A stretch of DNA of 33,572 nucleotides from Candidatus Woesearchaeota archaeon (lineage in GTDB: Archaea; Nanobdellota; Nanobdellia; Woesearchaeales; CAZJJJ01), in contig JBKHIF010000007.1 in NCBI GenBank assembly GCA_046538795.1, positions 1 through 33,572 on the forward strand, given 5' to 3'. The notes under the pieces were generated by a model. It worked only from the letters and a program-made list of their open reading frames with translations. It was not told where the DNA came from and searched no databases. Position numbers and translations under genes: made by a program. Below are positions 17,739 through 26,946 of this stretch, one piece after another. Numbering within the stretch: position 1 is the first letter of the stretch; each line of letters starts with the position of its first letter.

Positions 17739-18065
17739 ATGAAAGAGCATAAAAAAATTCATGATTTTTCCAGTACGGATATTATTATCTTTTTTTCATT
17801 CATGTTTGTATTCACTGGTTTTTTCATATATCTGGCTTTTTCTAATAATTTATCTCACGAAGATAATATTACAGGATTATCTTTAGCTGAGAAAAGCAAG
17901 TGTCAAAGAGCAGCAGAAGAGCTTTATGGCCCTGATGTTGAAGGTGTTGAACGAAATGGTGTTTGTTATGTCAAATTTAAAGGTTCTAATCATTTCATGT
18001 GCTGCGCTTATGTGGACAAAGGCAATAGTACAAAATCATGGAAGGATGCCTATTTTAAGAAATAA
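17739..18065 (+). CDS. small membrane-anchored, Cys-containing exported protein
   Basis: Single TM followed by NITG and four Cys residues. Confidence 0.7.
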   Translation: MKEHKKIHDFSSTDIIIFFSFMFVFTGFFIYLAFSNNLSHEDNITGLSLAEKSKCQRAAEELYGPDVEGVERNGVCYVKFKGSNHFMCCAYVDKGNSTKSWKDAYFKK

Positions 18066-18110
18066 TATGTAAGAATAGATTTTTATACTAGCTTCTTATC
18101 TCTTGATTTT

Positions 18111-19340
18111 ATGAGATTTGCTCACCTTGCAGATGTACATATAGGAGGTTACAGAGAGGAGAAACTTAAGGATATAGCTACAAAGGCTTTTCAAAATGCA
18201 CTCAATATTTCTCTTAAAGAAAAGGTTGATTTCATACTTATATCAGGAGATCTTTTCAACACCTCAATTCCTGCTATAGATAATCTAAAGATTGTCACAA
18301 ATAAGTTCAGGCAGCTTAAAGATAATAATATCCCTGTATATTTAATCGCAGGAAGCCATGATTTTTCTCCTTCAGGAAAGACAATGCTTGATGTACTTGA
18401 AAATGCAGGGCTTTGCAAGAATGTCGTAAAAGGAGATGTTATAGATGGAAAGCTAAGGCTTAAGTTTACGATAGATCCCAAGACAGGTGCAAAAATTACA
18501 GGATTGCTTGGAAAAAGAGGGATGCTTGAAAGGACTTTCTATGAATCTCTTGACACGTCAAATCTGGAGAATGAGCAGGGATTTAAGATATTCATGTTCC
18601 ATACAGCCCTTACTGAATTAAAGAGAAAAGGCATGGAGAACATGGATTCTGCTCCGCTTTCTCTTCTGCCAAAAAGGTTCAATTATTATGCAGGAGGGCA
18701 TGTTCATTATCCTCTTGCAAGGTATGAAGAATCTTTAGGAGGTTTTATCACGTATCCGGGAGCATTGTTTCCAAATAGTTTTAAGGAACTTGAAGATCTT
18801 GGAGCTGGAGGCTTTTTCATATATGATACTGAAAAAAAGAATCCTGATTTTCACAAGATACTTATTTATCAGACTTATAAGATAAAAATAGACTGCACCC
18901 ACAAGACTCCTGAAGAGATTAATTCTGTAATTATGGATGAGATTAAGAACAAGGAATTCTATGATACCATAGTTCTTATCAGGCTTTTTGGAAAACTTAG
19001 GTTAGGCAAGGTTTCGGATATTGATTTCAAGATGATAACAAATGAGCTTTATGACAGGGGGGCTTATTTTGTGATGAAAAATACAGCATCTGTCTCATCT
19101 GAAGAATTTGAAGAGATAAGGCTTCAGTCAGAATCTGTAGGTGAGATAGAGGATAAGCTTATTGATGAGCATACCGGCCAGATGAAGTTTGATAGTATCG
19201 CGTGGGATAAAGAGACTGAAAAGAGAATGATCCTGGCGCTTTTTGAATCTCTTGATCAGGAAAAGATAGAAGGAGAACGAGTTTCTGATTTTGAAGAAAG
19301 GCTTGTTTCTGATCTAGGAAAGATAATTGACCTTAGCTGA
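18111..19340 (+). CDS. mre11: Mre11/SbcD DNA repair nuclease
   Basis: HLADVHIG, ISGDLF, IAGSHD, MFHTA, YYAGGHVH and YPGA phosphoesterase motifs. Confidence 0.93.
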   Translation: MRFAHLADVHIGGYREEKLKDIATKAFQNALNISLKEKVDFILISGDLFNTSIPAIDNLKIVTNKFRQLKDNNIPVYLIAGSHDFSPSGKTMLDVLENAGLCKNVVKGDVIDGKLRLKFTIDPKTGAKITGLLGKRGMLERTFYESLDTSNLENEQGFKIFMFHTALTELKRKGMENMDSAPLSLLPKRFNYYAGGHVHYPLARYEESLGGFITYPGALFPNSFKELEDLGAGGFFIYDTEKKNPDFHKILIYQTYKIKIDCTHKTPEEINSVIMDEIKNKEFYDTIVLIRLFGKLRLGKVSDIDFKMITNELYDRGAYFVMKNTASVSSEEFEEIRLQSESVGEIEDKLIDEHTGQMKFDSIAWDKETEKRMILALFESLDQEKIEGERVSDFEERLVSDLGKIIDLS

Positions 19341-20517
19341 AGTATGATTTCAGGTTGTTTATTGTCTTTTCAGGATCTTCTGATATTCCCTGAGCAAATT
19401 GTTCTCTTCCGCCGCCTTTCATCCCAGTGTCTTTTATTATCTTTCCTGCATCTTCTATCTCTTTTGAAGTCTTCATTGAGAACTGTGTACCTTTATCTGT
19501 CTTGTTGAATATGAGCATGAGCTGTTTTTCTTTTTTTTCATCAAAATTTTCATTTAGCTTGTCTGTAATCTGTTTTTTGTCAAAATTTTCTACAAAAGAA
19601 TATCTGATTGTCACATCATTTGCTTTTTCCTCTTTTATATTAAGTTGCTTTCCTGACTGTAGATCCCTGATCTTAGCTTTCATCTCATTGTTTTTTTTCA
19701 TGAGATTTGCTGTGAATTCTTTGAGTTCTGACGGGTTTATCTTAAGTTCTGATGCAGTTTCTCGTGTGTATCTTGAAAGCTCGAAAAGATCTTTGGCAGA
19801 GTTTACTTTGAACTTTACTTCATACTTGTCCTGGACTTTGCTAAACTTTATTACAATAAGATTTCCTATAAAAGAAGTTTTTGCACAGTGCACTCCTGCA
19901 CATGCAGAATAATCATGATCCTCGATCTCGATTACTCTTATGGTGTCTGACTGGATTCTGTCAAGTTTTATTCTTGCTTTTGGAAATCTTCTTTTTACGT
20001 CGTCTCTGTTTACCATATGTATAGAAACTTTCCTGTCCTGTTGAATTATTTTGTTTGCTATCTTTTCTGCTTTAAATATATCTTCCCATGTAATCTCTCT
20101 TTGTTTGGGGGGTATTATGAAAAGTGATGATTCATCTTCCTCTAGATGAATTTTTTCAACTTGAAGTTCAGGGATTATTTTTAGCAGTGATCCCATGAAC
20201 AGATGTTCTCCGGTATGCATCCTTGTAAGTTGTTCTCTTCGTTTTTTGTCAATCTTTAGTTCAACAGCCATGCCTGGGATAAGTTCTATATTATATGGGA
20301 CTTCAATCTTGTGAAGTACAGAAGTTTTGTTCTTGTAAGCATCTTTAACTTCATATTCTATGCCGTTTATAATTATGGTTCCGTGATCTCTTGGCTGACC
20401 CCCGCCTCCGGGGTAGAATATAGTATCTGTAAATTCAAGTATTGCAAAATCTCTTTCTCGTTCTATAGATATTACCCTTTCCAATGATTCAAAAATAAAT
20501 GGGTCCTGGTATTTCAT
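19333..20517 (-). CDS. alaX: AlaX-type trans-editing protein with C-terminal DHHA1/C-Ala domain
   Basis: TIFYPGGGGQPRDHG; HTGEH and CAGVH zinc ligands; KGGGREQFAQG C-terminus. Confidence 0.9.
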   Translation of the reverse strand: MKYQDPFIFESLERVISIERERDFAILEFTDTIFYPGGGGQPRDHGTIIINGIEYEVKDAYKNKTSVLHKIEVPYNIELIPGMAVELKIDKKRREQLTRMHTGEHLFMGSLLKIIPELQVEKIHLEEDESSLFIIPPKQREITWEDIFKAEKIANKIIQQDRKVSIHMVNRDDVKRRFPKARIKLDRIQSDTIRVIEIEDHDYSACAGVHCAKTSFIGNLIVIKFSKVQDKYEVKFKVNSAKDLFELSRYTRETASELKINPSELKEFTANLMKKNNEMKAKIRDLQSGKQLNIKEEKANDVTIRYSFVENFDKKQITDKLNENFDEKKEKQLMLIFNKTDKGTQFSMKTSKEIEDAGKIIKDTGMKGGGREQFAQGISEDPEKTINNLKSYFS

Positions 20518-20541
20518 GTATAAAGGGTAGTGAGTTTAAAT

Positions 20542-21068
20542 TTAAAAAGATAATTTTTTATAGCCCCATTTTTTAAGGTTAGATTCAATATTTTCATATT
20601 TGTTTCCGCAGATCATTCCTCCTGCAATAAATTCTTCCTGAGAGACATCTGCAAGACAAAAATCAGGCATCTTAAAATTATCTTTTTCTTCTTCTGTCTC
20701 AAACTCGAAATCTACCCAGACAAGACCTTTAAGGTCATCAAGAAACACATCAATTTCAGCAAGTTTTCCTTATGTTCATAGTAATGTCTTATCCTTCGTG
20801 ATATTTTTCCTGGTGTTTTTGCAAGTTCTTCATACTCTTCTTTAGACAAAGGAATAGTCTGTTCAAGCTGTTTTGTAGAATCATTGCCTTCTACAGGGCA
20901 TTTTTTTGTAATTTCCATTATGTCTCCTGATTTTCTGATTCTTAATATTGGATGTCTTTCACTTTTTGGTATGTATATATCTATGATTTCCTTTTTTTTG
21001 CAGTTTTCTAATCCTTTAGGAATATATTTTGCAAGAAATGTTCTTTCAAGTTCTATCATATCAATCAC
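20542..21068 (-). pseudogene. CYTH-domain protein split by a -1 frameshift near 20763-20770 (pseudogene, recoding or sequence error)
   Basis: Frame A: MIELERTF..LRIRK..EITKK..RIRHYYEHK. The -1 frame continues GKLAEIDVFLDDLKGLVWVDFEFETEEE..PDF, giving a complete CYTH domain of about 175 aa. Confidence 0.85.
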
Positions 21069-22447
21069 TTTATTAGTTTCTTAAGAAGCGGTATTACAGT
21101 ATTTGGTGATGCCTTTCCTCTTGATTTTCTCATGACCTGACCCATAAGGAAATTAAGGGCATTTTCTTTTCCATTCTTGTAATCAGTTATTGCATTAGGG
21201 TTTTCATCGATTGCCTCTTTGCAGAATTTTTCGATCTCTCCTGAATCTGAAACTGTTTCAAGATTGTTTTTCTTAACATATTCTTTTACATCAAATGTTT
21301 TTTGAGATAGTTTTTCAATGATCTTTTGAGCAACCTTTTCTGTAATCTTATTGTCTTTAATCAGATTCATCAAGTTAATCATGTTTTCGTTAGTTATCGG
21401 AAGTTCATCAATATCTTTTTTCTGAAAATTTGCGACACGAAGAAGTTCTCTTCTTAGCCAGCGTACAGCAATTTTTGGATCAATTTTATTTTTTATTGCC
21501 TCTTCAAAAATCTCTGCAAGATATATATTTGAACTTATCACATAAGCATCTTCTTTTTTCAGGTTGTGCTTTTTTTCATAGCGTTCTTTTTTTATACTAG
21601 GAAGTTCAGGAAGTATTTTTGTGATATCTTTGATTGTATTATTTTCAATACTTATTACAGGAAGGTCAGGTTCTGGTATGAACATGTAATCTGCTGCGTT
21701 TTCTTTTGATCTCATGAACAAGGTTTTTCCAGTTTTTTCATCCCAGGTTCTTGTTTCCTGTTTTACGTCTTCTCCCTTATCAACGACCTCTTTTTGGCGT
21801 TCTACTTCATATTCTGCTGCAGAAACAATTGATGAAAATGAGTTTACATTCTTTATTTCAACACGCTTGTATTTGGGTTCTATTGAAACATTAACATCGC
21901 TTTTTATTCCTGAATCTTTGTCGATTGCTTTGATGTATGAAAGTGTTGTAACAAGATTTTTCAGCCATTCTCTTAACTCATCAACACTTCTGAAATCTGG
22001 TTCTGTAACAATTTCTACTAATGGATAACCAGACCTATTGTAATCAACACAGCCTGTAACAGGGTCCCATTTTGCAGGATCTTCTTCTAAGTGTACATCA
22101 CTTATTCCAATATCAAGAAAATTTCCGTTAATTCCTACAGGATGTGAATATGCACCTGATATTGTCTTTTGATATCCTGAAGGAAGATCAGGCCATGAGT
22201 AATGTTTTCTCTGAAAGATCAGTCTTTGATTTACCTTACAGCCGAGCATAAGTGAAATTGCGATTATTTTTTTTAGAGCTTCATTGTTTGGAAGCATTGG
22301 TTTTGATCCTGGTTGTGATGTACATACAGGGCAGATGTTTGTATTTGCTTCAGATGTTTGGTCTGTCTTACAGTTGCAAAAAAGTTTTCTTTTAGAATCA
22401 GTATTTATGTAACCATGAATCTCTAATCCAATTTTTATCTTTGTCAT
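21065..22447 (-). CDS. gatB: Asp/Glu-tRNA amidotransferase subunit B
   Basis: IGLEIH, KLFCNC, CPVC..PGSKP, HLEEDP, DYNRSGYPLVEIVTEPD, EIKNVNS, PEPDLP and NFLMGQVM; 460 aa, without the GatE insertion. Confidence 0.96.
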   Translation of the reverse strand: MTKIKIGLEIHGYINTDSKRKLFCNCKTDQTSEANTNICPVCTSQPGSKPMLPNNEALKKIIAISLMLGCKVNQRLIFQRKHYSWPDLPSGYQKTISGAYSHPVGINGNFLDIGISDVHLEEDPAKWDPVTGCVDYNRSGYPLVEIVTEPDFRSVDELREWLKNLVTTLSYIKAIDKDSGIKSDVNVSIEPKYKRVEIKNVNSFSSIVSAAEYEVERQKEVVDKGEDVKQETRTWDEKTGKTLFMRSKENAADYMFIPEPDLPVISIENNTIKDITKILPELPSIKKERYEKKHNLKKEDAYVISSNIYLAEIFEEAIKNKIDPKIAVRWLRRELLRVANFQKKDIDELPITNENMINLMNLIKDNKITEKVAQKIIEKLSQKTFDVKEYVKKNNLETVSDSGEIEKFCKEAIDENPNAITDYKNGKENALNFLMGQVMRKSRGKASPNTVIPLLKKLIK

Positions 22448-22513
22448 TATATTTTTGAAATAAATATTAATTTAAAAAGGTTGCTACAGTGTTGAATCGT
22501 GTTTATTAAATTA

Positions 22514-22786
22514 TCATTTACGAAGGTTTTTCCAGAAATCTTTTTGAAGCATATAATTATATGAAATTGCATAGATGACTCCTTCTTTATCTGAACTAAT
22601 ACCTGAATCTATGATCCTTCCTCGATCCACAAATCCGATTCCGTCTTTCCAGCGTTCTCCAAAATCGTCCTGAAGTTTTTTTTCAAGTACAGAGAGAGCG
22701 CTTTTTTCATCTTCTGCAGAAACAACAGCAGGTCCCATATCCCAATGTGTCTGATACATTGTGAAGATGTAAATGTGATAATCCAT
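22514..22786 (-). CDS. small hypothetical protein
   Basis: 90-aa ORF with a TATA-like element upstream; divergent from nrdB. Confidence 0.65.
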   Translation of the reverse strand: MDYHIYIFTMYQTHWDMGPAVVSAEDEKSALSVLEKKLQDDFGERWKDGIGFVDRGRIIDSGISSDKEGVIYAISYNYMLQKDFWKNLRK

Positions 22787-22868
22787 AGAAAATTCAGAAG
22801 GTAAATGATGTTTTTATAATTATCTTCAATAATTTCATACCAAAGCGATAATTCCTAAACCAGTTACA

Positions 22869-22884
22869 ACACAACATGTTGTTG
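22869..22884. promoter_or_regulatory. NrdR-box-like palindrome 1
   Basis: ACACAACATGTTGTTG resembles the consensus acaCwAtATaTwGtgt and lies inside the longer near-palindrome TTACAACACAACATGTTGTTGTTGTAA. Confidence 0.75.
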
Positions 22885-22900
22885 TTGTAATTTGAATAAC

Positions 22901-22916
22901 ACACAATATATTGTGC
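22901..22916. promoter_or_regulatory. NrdR-box-like palindrome 2
   Basis: ACACAATATATTGTGC is a near-perfect NrdR box; it starts 32 bp after box 1 and lies upstream of the RNR operon. Confidence 0.88.
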
Positions 22917-22942
22917 TTTTGTTTAAAATTAAACAAAACTCT

Positions 22943-22948
22943 TTTAAA
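22943..22948 (+). promoter_or_regulatory. putative TATA box of the nrdB-nrdA operon
   Basis: TTTAAA begins 29 nt before the ATG, the same spacing as at five other genes in the window. Confidence 0.65.
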
Positions 22949-22971
22949 AGAAAAATACATTTTGAAAAACT

Positions 22972-24246
22972 ATGAAAATCACACAAGTAAAGAAAAGAGA
23001 TAATACGATCAAGACTTTTGACAAAGACAAAATTAGTTCTGCTGTGCAAAAAGCGATGGATGCAAGCAAAGAAGGAAGTTTTGAAGATTCCAACAAAATA
23101 ATGGAACAGGTTGTAGAAATTCTTGAAGGGATCAAGCAAAAGGATTCTAAATATATACCTTCTATAGAAGGCATCCAGAATATTGTTGAAGAAGTTCTCA
23201 TGAGAAGCAATTTTCACAAAACTGCAAAATCATATATCCTTTACAGGAATCAAAGAGCAAAAAAACGAGAATCAAACATCTTTGAACCACGGCTTAACCT
23301 TAAGCCTTATGAATATCCTGGATTATTAGAATATGTTGATGCCATAAGACATTCTTACTGGATACACACTGAATTTAAATTTGATGGTGATATACAGGAT
23401 TTTAAGGTTAGGCTTTCTGAAACAGAACGTGATGCAATCAGAAAGACAATGCTTGCCATATCGCAAATTGAGGTTGCTGTAAAAACTTTTTGGGGCAACC
23501 TTTATAGTAAGCTTCCTAAACCAGAAATCGGTTCAGTTGGAGCTACTTTTTCAGAAAGTGAAGTCAGGCATCATGATGCATATTCACATCTTCTAGAAAT
23601 ATTAGGCTTGAACAAGGAATTTGAAAATCTGAAAAATGAGCCTGTCATAATGCAGCGTGTCAATTATCTTGATTCTGTTGTAAAGTACGCAAAGACAGAA
23701 GATAAGAAAGAATATTCTCAATCAATATTGTTGTTCTCACTTTTTGTAGAACATGTATCTTTGTTCTCTCAGTTTCTTATCATAATGTCTTTTAACAAGT
23801 ACAAGAACCAGTTTAAGGGAATCTCTAATGTTGTAGAAGCGACATCAAAAGAAGAACAGATACATGGAGATTTTGGAATTGAAATTATAAATATCATAAA
23901 ACAAGAAAATCCTGAGTGGTTTGATGAAACTCATAACAGGCTTGTGCAAAACATGTGCAGACAGGCTTTTGAATCTGAAAGCAAGATCGTTGACTGGATC
24001 TTTGAAAAAGGAGAATTGGATTTTCTTCCTAAATCTGTGATAAGAGAATTCATCAAAAACAGGTTCAATAATTCTTTGGAAAGTATAGGAATCCCAAAAA
24101 TATTTGATATTAATAACGATCTGCTTGAACTGACTGAATGGTTTGATGATGAGGTTATTGCGACAAAACATGTAGATTTTTTTGCGAAAAGATCAATAAA
24201 CTATACCAAGAAGAGCAAGAGTGTCACAAGTGATGACTTATTCTAG
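22972..24246 (+). CDS. nrdB: ribonucleotide reductase class I beta subunit with N-terminal ATP-cone (NrdBi / class Id-like)
   Basis: ATP-cone VKKRD..FDKDKI..IQNIVE..L..AKSYILYR, then the ferritin-like domain: QIEVAVK, ESEVRHHDAY, VEHVSLFSQF, KEEQIH and C-terminal DFF..RSINY. Confidence 0.96.
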   Translation: MKITQVKKRDNTIKTFDKDKISSAVQKAMDASKEGSFEDSNKIMEQVVEILEGIKQKDSKYIPSIEGIQNIVEEVLMRSNFHKTAKSYILYRNQRAKKRESNIFEPRLNLKPYEYPGLLEYVDAIRHSYWIHTEFKFDGDIQDFKVRLSETERDAIRKTMLAISQIEVAVKTFWGNLYSKLPKPEIGSVGATFSESEVRHHDAYSHLLEILGLNKEFENLKNEPVIMQRVNYLDSVVKYAKTEDKKEYSQSILLFSLFVEHVSLFSQFLIIMSFNKYKNQFKGISNVVEATSKEEQIHGDFGIEIINIIKQENPEWFDETHNRLVQNMCRQAFESESKIVDWIFEKGELDFLPKSVIREFIKNRFNNSLESIGIPKIFDINNDLLELTEWFDDEVIATKHVDFFAKRSINYTKKSKSVTSDDLF

Positions 24247-24261
24247 ATAAGAGGGATAAAA

Positions 24262-25932
24262 ATGGAATGGTTAACAGAAAATAGCAGAAAGTTTCTTGAG
24301 AGAGGATATTTGCTTGAAGGTGAAACAGCAGAAGAAAGGATCAAAGAGATTGCTGATAATGCTGAAAATATACTCAAGATAAAAGGGTTTTCAGAAAAAT
24401 TTCATTATTATATGTCAAAAGGATATTTTTCTTTGGCATCACCTGTCTGGGCAAATTTTGGCAGAAAACGAGGTCTTCCTGTAAGTTGTTTTGGTTCTTG
24501 TATTGAAGATAATATGGGTAGTATTTTATTTAATCATTCTGAGGCTGGGATGATGTCAAAACTTGGCGGAGGAACATCAGGTTATTTTGGAAAGGTTCGT
24601 CCAAGAGGCACTCCTATAAAAAATAATGGCCAGTCCTCAGGTTCAGTTCATTTCATGAGATTGTTTGAAACTTTGGTTGATGTTGTAAGCCAGGGTTCTA
24701 CAAGAAGAGGGCATTTTTCACCATACTTGCCTATTGATCATGGTGATGCAGAAGAATTTTTAGAAATAGGTTCTGAAGGCAACCCAATACAGAAATTGAC
24801 TCATGGTGTGTGCGTTAGCGATGACTGGATGAAAGATATGATTGATGGTGATGAAGATAAAAGAAAACTCTGGGCAAAAGTTCTTCAGATGAGATTGGAA
24901 AAGGGTTATCCATATATATTTTTTACAGATAATGCAAACAACAATACTGTTGATGTGTACAAGGATAAGAACATGAAGATACATGCAAGCAACATGTGCA
25001 CAGAGATAATGCTTCCAAGTGATGAAGATAATTCTTTTACTTGTGTATTATCATCTGTTAATGTATTGCATTTTGAAGAAATAAAAGAAACAGATGCTGT
25101 TGAAACTTTGGTTTATTTTCTTGATGCTGTCGTAACAGAATTCTTGCAGAAACTTGAAGAATATCGTGATTCAGAAAACAAAGAAGACCAAAGGACTTTC
25201 CAGTTCATGGAAAAGGCATACAATTTTGCTAAACATCATCGTGCTTTGGGTCTGGGAGTTTTGGGATGGCATTCTTTACTTCAGTCAAAGACGATAATTT
25301 TTGAATCACAGGATGCATCAGATATTAATCTTGAAATATTTAAGTTTATCAAAGAAAGATCATACAAGGCATCAAAAGAGCTTGCAGAACTATTTGGAGA
25401 ACCAAAACTATTGAGGGATTATGGAAGACGAAATACAACACTTAATTCCATTGCTCCGACAACATCGTCTGCGTTTATCTTAGGTCAGGTTTCACAAGGT
25501 ATTGAACCTGTCTGGTCAAACTGTTATGTAAAGGATATTCAAAAAATAAAGACAACGATAAAAAATCCTTTCCTGGTTGATCTGTTGGAAAAAAAGGGAA
25601 AAAATAATCCTGATGTCTGGAAAACAATACGGGAGCATGATGGTTCTGTACAGGGATTAGATTTTTTATCTGAGCATGAAAAAGAGGTTTTTAAGACATA
25701 TCCTGAGATAGATCAATCAGCAATAATTTCTCAGGCAGCAGCAAGACAACAGTTTATTGATCAGGGACAGTCGATAAATATAATGTTTCATCCAGAAACT
25801 TCTGTTAAAGAGATCAATAGTCTATACATAAAGGCATGGAAATTTGGATTAAAATCACTTTATTATCAACATAGTACAAATGCTGCACAGAAATTTAATC
25901 AGAAAAAGATATGCAAGTCATGCGAGGCTTAG
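24262..25932 (+). CDS. nrdA: ribonucleotide reductase class I alpha subunit, without ATP-cone
   Basis: ASPVWANFG, PVSCF, GGGTS, SNMCTEI (NxCxE), TCVLSS, APTTSS, DQGQSIN, SLYY and C-terminal CKSCEA. Confidence 0.97.
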   Translation: MEWLTENSRKFLERGYLLEGETAEERIKEIADNAENILKIKGFSEKFHYYMSKGYFSLASPVWANFGRKRGLPVSCFGSCIEDNMGSILFNHSEAGMMSKLGGGTSGYFGKVRPRGTPIKNNGQSSGSVHFMRLFETLVDVVSQGSTRRGHFSPYLPIDHGDAEEFLEIGSEGNPIQKLTHGVCVSDDWMKDMIDGDEDKRKLWAKVLQMRLEKGYPYIFFTDNANNNTVDVYKDKNMKIHASNMCTEIMLPSDEDNSFTCVLSSVNVLHFEEIKETDAVETLVYFLDAVVTEFLQKLEEYRDSENKEDQRTFQFMEKAYNFAKHHRALGLGVLGWHSLLQSKTIIFESQDASDINLEIFKFIKERSYKASKELAELFGEPKLLRDYGRRNTTLNSIAPTTSSAFILGQVSQGIEPVWSNCYVKDIQKIKTTIKNPFLVDLLEKKGKNNPDVWKTIREHDGSVQGLDFLSEHEKEVFKTYPEIDQSAIISQAAARQQFIDQGQSINIMFHPETSVKEINSLYIKAWKFGLKSLYYQHSTNAAQKFNQKKICKSCEA

Positions 25933-26891
25933 ACCCAATCAATTTTCTTGAATATTAGAAATATTATTACTGTTATTACTGTCATGAATCCCATTACTAT
26001 TGGAAAAGACCAGGTATTATCAGATACTGGAAGACCATTGATATTCATTCCATAAATTCCTGTGATAAGTGTAGGTATCATTATGATAAGTGCAAGTGAT
26101 GTAAGTTTTTTCATGAATTCATTCAGATGATTGTTGCTTATGATATTTTGAAGACTAAAAATATTCATGATAACTTCTCTTTGGACTTTTTCTGCATCAA
26201 GGATCTGCAATGCATCAAAATAGATATCATTGAATATTTCTCTGTCATCTTTTTTGAAGAGTTTGTGATATAATTTCTTAAGACCATTTAAGACTTCAAT
26301 ATTAGCCATTATTGCTTGATTGAAAAATGCAAGAGTTGTTGAAGCTGATGATATCGCTTCGATCTGTGATGTTGTCATCTTCTTGTTTTTTGAGGCGATT
26401 AGATCTGTTCTTGAAGATATGGTATTGACGTTTGCCAGAAACTGATCATTAATGTGATCGATTAATTCTGACAAAAATAAGACATTGTTTTTCTTGAAAA
26501 GAAATTTCATCTTGTTTCTTTTCGCAGCTTTGTATATTTGTTCACAGACCTTTAGTCTTTTTCTTTCTATTGTTATAAGGAAATTATCTTTTAGGTATAT
26601 TACAATAGGTTCTGTTGTAGTATCTCCGTCTTCATAATGTGGTACGCTGTATATTATTTCAATATAATCTTCTTTAGTTAACCTTGGACGGTCTCCTTCT
26701 GCAAGAAAATCAAAAACTTCTTCTGAATCTTCTTTTTCCCAGCCAAGCTTGTTTATTATAATATCAACTTCTTTTTTGTCTGGGTTGACTGCTCTTATCC
26801 AGATTATCTTTTTTGTCTTTGGAATATCATTTAATAAAGAGATTTCTTTGATATCCATTCCATCAGTTTTATAGGTGATTGCTTCAAGCAT
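25929..26891 (-). CDS. corA: CorA-family Mg2+/divalent cation transporter
   Basis: LNEFMKKLT, PTLITGIYGMN signature and two C-terminal TMs. Confidence 0.95.
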   Translation of the reverse strand: MLEAITYKTDGMDIKEISLLNDIPKTKKIIWIRAVNPDKKEVDIIINKLGWEKEDSEEVFDFLAEGDRPRLTKEDYIEIIYSVPHYEDGDTTTEPIVIYLKDNFLITIERKRLKVCEQIYKAAKRNKMKFLFKKNNVLFLSELIDHINDQFLANVNTISSRTDLIASKNKKMTTSQIEAISSASTTLAFFNQAIMANIEVLNGLKKLYHKLFKKDDREIFNDIYFDALQILDAEKVQREVIMNIFSLQNIISNNHLNEFMKKLTSLALIIMIPTLITGIYGMNINGLPVSDNTWSFPIVMGFMTVITVIIFLIFKKIDWV

Positions 26892-26946
26892 AAGTTGTTT
26901 TAGAAATCAGGTGATATAAATATTGTGTGTTTTGCTTAGATCAGAA

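Noticed and set aside
22491..22506. Third copy of the 77-bp repeat (AATCGTGTTT, reverse-complement match)
   Set aside because: Only about 10 bp match, plausible by chance in AT-rich DNA.
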